Notes under the pieces: model-generated
What the model saw: only the letters and a program-made list of their open reading frames with translations
Database searches by the model: none
What the model was told of the DNA's origin: nothing
Source: Botryllus schlosseri
Taxonomy: Eukaryota
Direction: 5' to 3'
NCBI GenBank assembly: GCA_051294905.1
Contig: CM119372.1
Location: 8,620,001-8,684,000 of the forward strand
Length of the DNA stretch: 64,000 nt
Part shown: piece by piece, positions 59,614 through 64,000 of the stretch
Position numbering within the stretch: position 1 is the first letter of the stretch
Layout: each line of letters starts with the position of its first letter
Translations under genes and position numbers: made by a program

Positions 59614-62600
59614 GTAAGAAATCTAATGTTGAAATAAACTAATTACTCATATCTAGTCTTCGTAACTGAATTTTGACGCAACCAAATGAACTACAATATT
59701 GGTACTAGGGTGCGGCATTTTGAAAGTTGGTCGGTCCACAAATTTGTCATAAAATATTACGCAACCTGAATAGGTTGAGAACCACTGAACAACTTATATA
59801 GCATTTCTATTGAAATTTTCGCTAACACAAAGAGTTTAGAGCTTTGTCTGGTACCGGTCAATATAATGACTATATTTTTATTGATTCTTACTCATTAAAT
59901 TGCCTGTTGCTCGGCATGTATGGAATCGGTGTCCTGTGCTCACACTATGTTATATTTTTTAATTATTTTTTATTAAATTACTTACACTTGGAAAATCATC
60001 GCTGCTCACCTGATATATCAGGCAAAAAGGCCAGCGATTCCAATCAGGTTGCTCGGGATGTGGTACGCCAATATAATATGAGTTACTATATGTTGCATAG
60101 TTGTTTTCCACATATTACCATATCATATTTTCTATTCCAGGGTAATATTGGCGATGGTGAAGAGGAGGGGGAAGGTGTCGATCTGTTTGGAGATAATGTC
60201 GAAAGAGATTATCGCGCAATCCCCACATTGGATGTATATGACGACAGAGTACTCGACGATGAGGAATATGAAGCTCTATCACCAGGGGCCAGAGCTAAAG
60301 TTGACAAGTAAAACTATAATTATTTGTCTTTGACGCAGAGATATGCTCAAATCTCATCTTTTTATAGTAATTTGACATACTAACAGAACAGTAACAGACG
60401 TAACATTTGAACAAAAATAGTAAGCTTTGAAGGCTCATGACTGTTTTGATAAGATTTCATTGTTATTCCACAAACTTATAAATTATACCTCATCGTCAAT
60501 ATGAGTATTTTCTTTACTCACGGAAAGTATACAACTACACCCTCAATATTGGTAAAATAGAAATTTTCTATTTTCTTTCGTGTTATAATATGTTCAGTAT
60601 TGTGATTATATACAATATACATGAAAACAAGTAAGTCTCACATAACTTGTGTAACTAACACCAATTCCTAGGCTTTACGTTCATTGACTTGTTGAAATTG
60701 CCCGAATTCCAAAAATTGATTGTTTTCGATCGGTTTTCTCTGCGAAACGTATGTGCGCTCTCGGCCAATTGTACTTTTTGACACTACCGTAGTACCAGAC
60801 CGGAATCGGTGGTTGTTTTCGACAACATGTTGTGCGTGACAGACGGATTTCTCGCGTGATTGGAAAATTTCACAGAAATATTTTTCGCTCTGATTCGATA
60901 CTGAATTACTTAGTAAACGACACAATGTGCTAAAATAGACCTGGTATACGCCGGACTAGGGTTACGCCGTATATTCGCTGTTGCGCAAATTCCACGCTTG
61001 TTTGCGTTCATTGTAAAGCGCAATTGCCTTATTCTGGATCTGGACTCTGGTATCGCTTTGTGACGTCAGCATAATTCATTAATCGGCGTGATCAGATATA
61101 AATGCTCGCGTGGCGTTGCGCGTGCCGTTGCCACCGATTCCACTCTGGTCGGAGTAGGCCTACTTTGTCAACCTTTACTACTTCCACTTGAAGTGGTTAT
61201 GACGTGTCTTGGAAATTGCTAAGTAGGCTACTTGTACTTGTAAGTAGACTTGGACAGCTAGAAAATTGGCAGCTATTCTAATTAGATTAAAATTAGAATT
61301 ATAGCTATTCCTTCTTTTTAAATTCCTCTAAAATTAGAATTATAGCTACACAGCTTTTCTCCAAATTACACTAGAATTAGAATTATTGAATTTGCGAAAA
61401 CTTGGTCATTGAATGAAGTTCATGTCAAATCAGAGTTCCTTCTCGTAGCATGAGAATGGGAAATATCCGTACAGCAAGCTTGGCTGCTATCCGCACCATG
61501 CAGTTCTGCTGTAGCATTTTCAGAAATACCAGATATTAGACTAGAATTAAAATTAGAGCCTAGAAACATTTCACAAATTAGATTAGTCTAATTTGACAAC
61601 TAGAATTATATAGTTTTCCAAGTCTGCTTGCAATTGAGTCGAAATTCACGGCGTTGCTTCTCGAGTAGCAGCACTGACTACATTGTTCAGCTCTGCCTGT
61701 TCGTCATATTTTGAGCGGGATCGCGAAATACGTTACAAAAGTTTGAGACGCCGCGAACTTAGTAACTCTTTCCTTGTCGGGCAGTTTGATCGCCGGAATT
61801 ATTTTTCTGATTGCAAATTGTGTTCGGCAGATACCTAAAGAAACGGGATCGGGAAGAAGCGTTCGGCAAGGGTCGTATGAGAGACGAACTGCTGTACGAC
61901 AGCGACGAGGATACGGATGAACGACCGGTATTAAGAAGGCGTCTGGCTGAACGAGCGGCCGAAGCCGGCGACGATGAAGAAATGATCGAGAGCATTGAGA
62001 ACTTGGAAGACACGAAAGGCCACACCGTAAGAGAGTGGGTCACCATGCAGGCGCCCAAGCTTGAGATATTGAACCGTTTCAAAAATTTCCTCCGCACCTC
62101 GGTCGATGAGAAAAGCAATTACATTTTCCGCGAAAAAATCAAGCAAATGGTCGAGGACAACAAAGAGAGCCTGATGGTCGACTACAACATTCTCGCCGCG
62201 TCTCAGGAAGTGTTGGCATTCTTCTTGCCGGAAGCGCCAACCGAGATGTTGCAGATTTTTGACGAAGCCGCGAAAGACGTAGTCCTAGCGATGTACCCGA
62301 AATACGAGAATATCGCCAAAGAGATTCACGTCAGGATCTCAGAACTACCTCTAATCGAAGACATCCGATCTTTACGTCAGCTGCATTTGAACCAACTGAT
62401 CAGGACTACCGGAGTCGTGACGAGCTGTACGACTATTCTACCGCAGTTGCGATTCGTCAAGTACGACTGCATGAAGTGCAGGTACGTTCTCGGGCCGTAT
62501 TTTCAGGGACAAAATCAAGAACTGAGACCCGGCACGTGTCCCGAGTGTCAGAGCGTCGGGCCGTTTGAGATTAACATGGAGCAGACAGTTTATCAAAACT

Positions 62601-64000
62601 ACCAAAGGATTACATTGCAGGAGAGTCCTGGAAAAGTGACGGCTGGGCGATTGCCACGGGCGAAAGACGCTATTTTGTTGGCGGATTTAGTGGATTCTTG
62701 CCACCCTGGTGATGAAATTGAGTTGACCGGGGTGTACACTAATAACTACGACGGCTCTCTCAATACGAAAACGGGATTCCCTGTGTTTTCTACCGTAATC
62801 ATGGCCAATTATATCGAAAAGAAGGATGATAAATTAGCCGTGTCGGCGCTCACAGACGAAGATATCAAGGATATTATCGCTCTTTCCAAGGATGAACGCG
62901 TGGAGGAACGTATCATACACAGTATTGCGCCGTCGATCTACGGGCATGATTATATTAAAGCTGCTCTCGCTTTTGCGATGTTCGGCGGCGTGTCTAAAAA
63001 TCCAGGCGGAAAACATAAGGTCCGTGGCGATATAAATATCTTGATATGTGGAGATCCGGGCACTGCCAAGTCGCAGTTTTTGAAGTACGTCGAAAAAACA
63101 GCGCACAGGCCCGTATTCACTACCGGGCAAGGTGCGTCCGCCGTGGGGTTGACCGCTTACGTGCGAAGACATCCTGTTACACGCGAGTGGACGTTAGAAG
63201 CCGGCGCTCTTGTTTTGGCCGATAATGGAGTATGTCTGATTGATGAGTTTGATAAAATGAACGACGCAGATAGAACTAGTATTCACGAAGCTATGGAACA
63301 GCAGAGCATATCTATCTCAAAGGCCGGCATCGTGACTTCATTGCAGGCTCGCTGTAGCGTGATAGCTGCCGCCAATCCGATCGGAGGACGGTACGATTCG
63401 TCGCTGATGTTTTCGGAAAACGTCGACCTCACTGAGCCGATTCTGTCTCGTTTTGATGTGCTGTGCGTCGTCAAGGACCAGGCCGACCCCTTCAAAGACG
63501 AGCTCCTTGCAAAGTTTGTGGTGAGGAGTCACAGGAGGCATCATCCCAACGCGATGGACGACGATCAAGAACCGATTCCGGAAATAAATCCCGGAGGATT
63601 GAAGAAAGTAGATCAAGACTTGTTGAAGAAGTATATTGTTTACGCGAAGCAAAAGATCAAGCCCAAGTTACACGCGATGGACCAGGATAAGGTCGCCAGA
63701 ATGTACGCCGATTTAAGGAGAGAGTCGATGGCCACTGGCAGCATACCGATTACCGTAAGGCACGTCGAATCGATGATAAGACTCGCAGAAGCCCGCGCTC
63801 GCATGCATCTCAGGCAGCACGTCAATGATGAAGACGTGAACTCTGCGATTCGTGTCATACTCGAGAGCTTCGTGGAGACGCAGAAGTTCAGCATCATGCG
63901 CGGCATGCGGAAGACGTTTTCGAGGTATTTGAATTTCAGGAAAGACAACAACGAGCTGTTGCTTTTCGTGCTGCGTCAGCTGGTGTCAGATCACTCGACG
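59467..64000 (+). CDS. MCM2: DNA replication licensing factor MCM2 (3' end beyond the window)
   Basis: Join of 59467-59613, 60141-60307 and 61831->64000; GT-AG introns, phases 0 and 2. Motifs: [17 protein letters not shown], histone-binding [26 protein letters not shown], Zn finger CMKC..CPEC, Walker [14 protein letters not shown], Walker B IDEFDKM, arginine finger SRFD. Confidence 0.98.
60141..60307 (+). CDS. MCM2: MCM2 exon 2
   Basis: [58 protein letters not shown] acceptor, GTAAA donor. Confidence 0.93.
61245..61626. mobile_element. MITE, CAGACTTGGACAAC family, in MCM2 intron 2
   Basis: TAGACTTGGA / TCCAAGTCTG; flanks CTTGTAAG / CTTGCAAT; AATTAG repeats. Confidence 0.8.
61831..64000 (+). 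CDS. MCM2: MCM2 exon 3 (at least 2170 nt, open to the window end)
   Basis: Continuous frame with no stop from YLKKRDREE to [18 protein letters not shown]. Confidence 0.98.

Noticed and set aside
59844..60140. Hydrophobic N-terminal part of ORF 59844..60311
   Set aside because: It is MCM2 intron 1 read in frame; the exon starts at the CAG acceptor before 60141.
61759..63951. Several ORFs overlapping MCM2 exon 3 on the minus strand or in another frame
   Set aside because: Shadow frames of a conserved coding exon with no recognisable products.

Overview
Eukaryotic (animal) genomic DNA. An invertebrate deuterostome such as an ascidian is my inference from the compact genes and the repeat repertoire; it is not proven. 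Two divergently transcribed host genes can be assembled by hand. The first is a complete six-exon CAP-superfamily (PI16/GLIPR1-like) gene on the minus strand (50703..40281, 256 aa) with a signal peptide and a GPI-like tail. The second is the 5' part of MCM2 on the plus strand (59467 to beyond the window end), whose third exon is at least 2.17 kb and is missed by the ORF track. An intact duplicate of CAP exon 2 sits alone at 14083..13876. Much of the rest is transposon-derived. There are two decayed Ty3/Gypsy elements, one of which keeps an open 349-codon frame ending in a Thr-rich, glycosylatable, single-pass membrane domain (env-like). There is a 5'-truncated RNase H-bearing I-group LINE with a 12-bp TSD, several L2/CR1-group LINE 3' ends, and three tRNA-headed SINE families, two of which share their 3' ends with LINEs in this window. 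Many hAT-type MITEs occur, nested up to five deep. A 75-bp-arm near-perfect hairpin shows a pattern consistent with spacer-dependent arm homogenisation. No CRISPR array, rRNA gene or true tRNA gene was found. Coordinates and alignments were read by eye; no database search was run.
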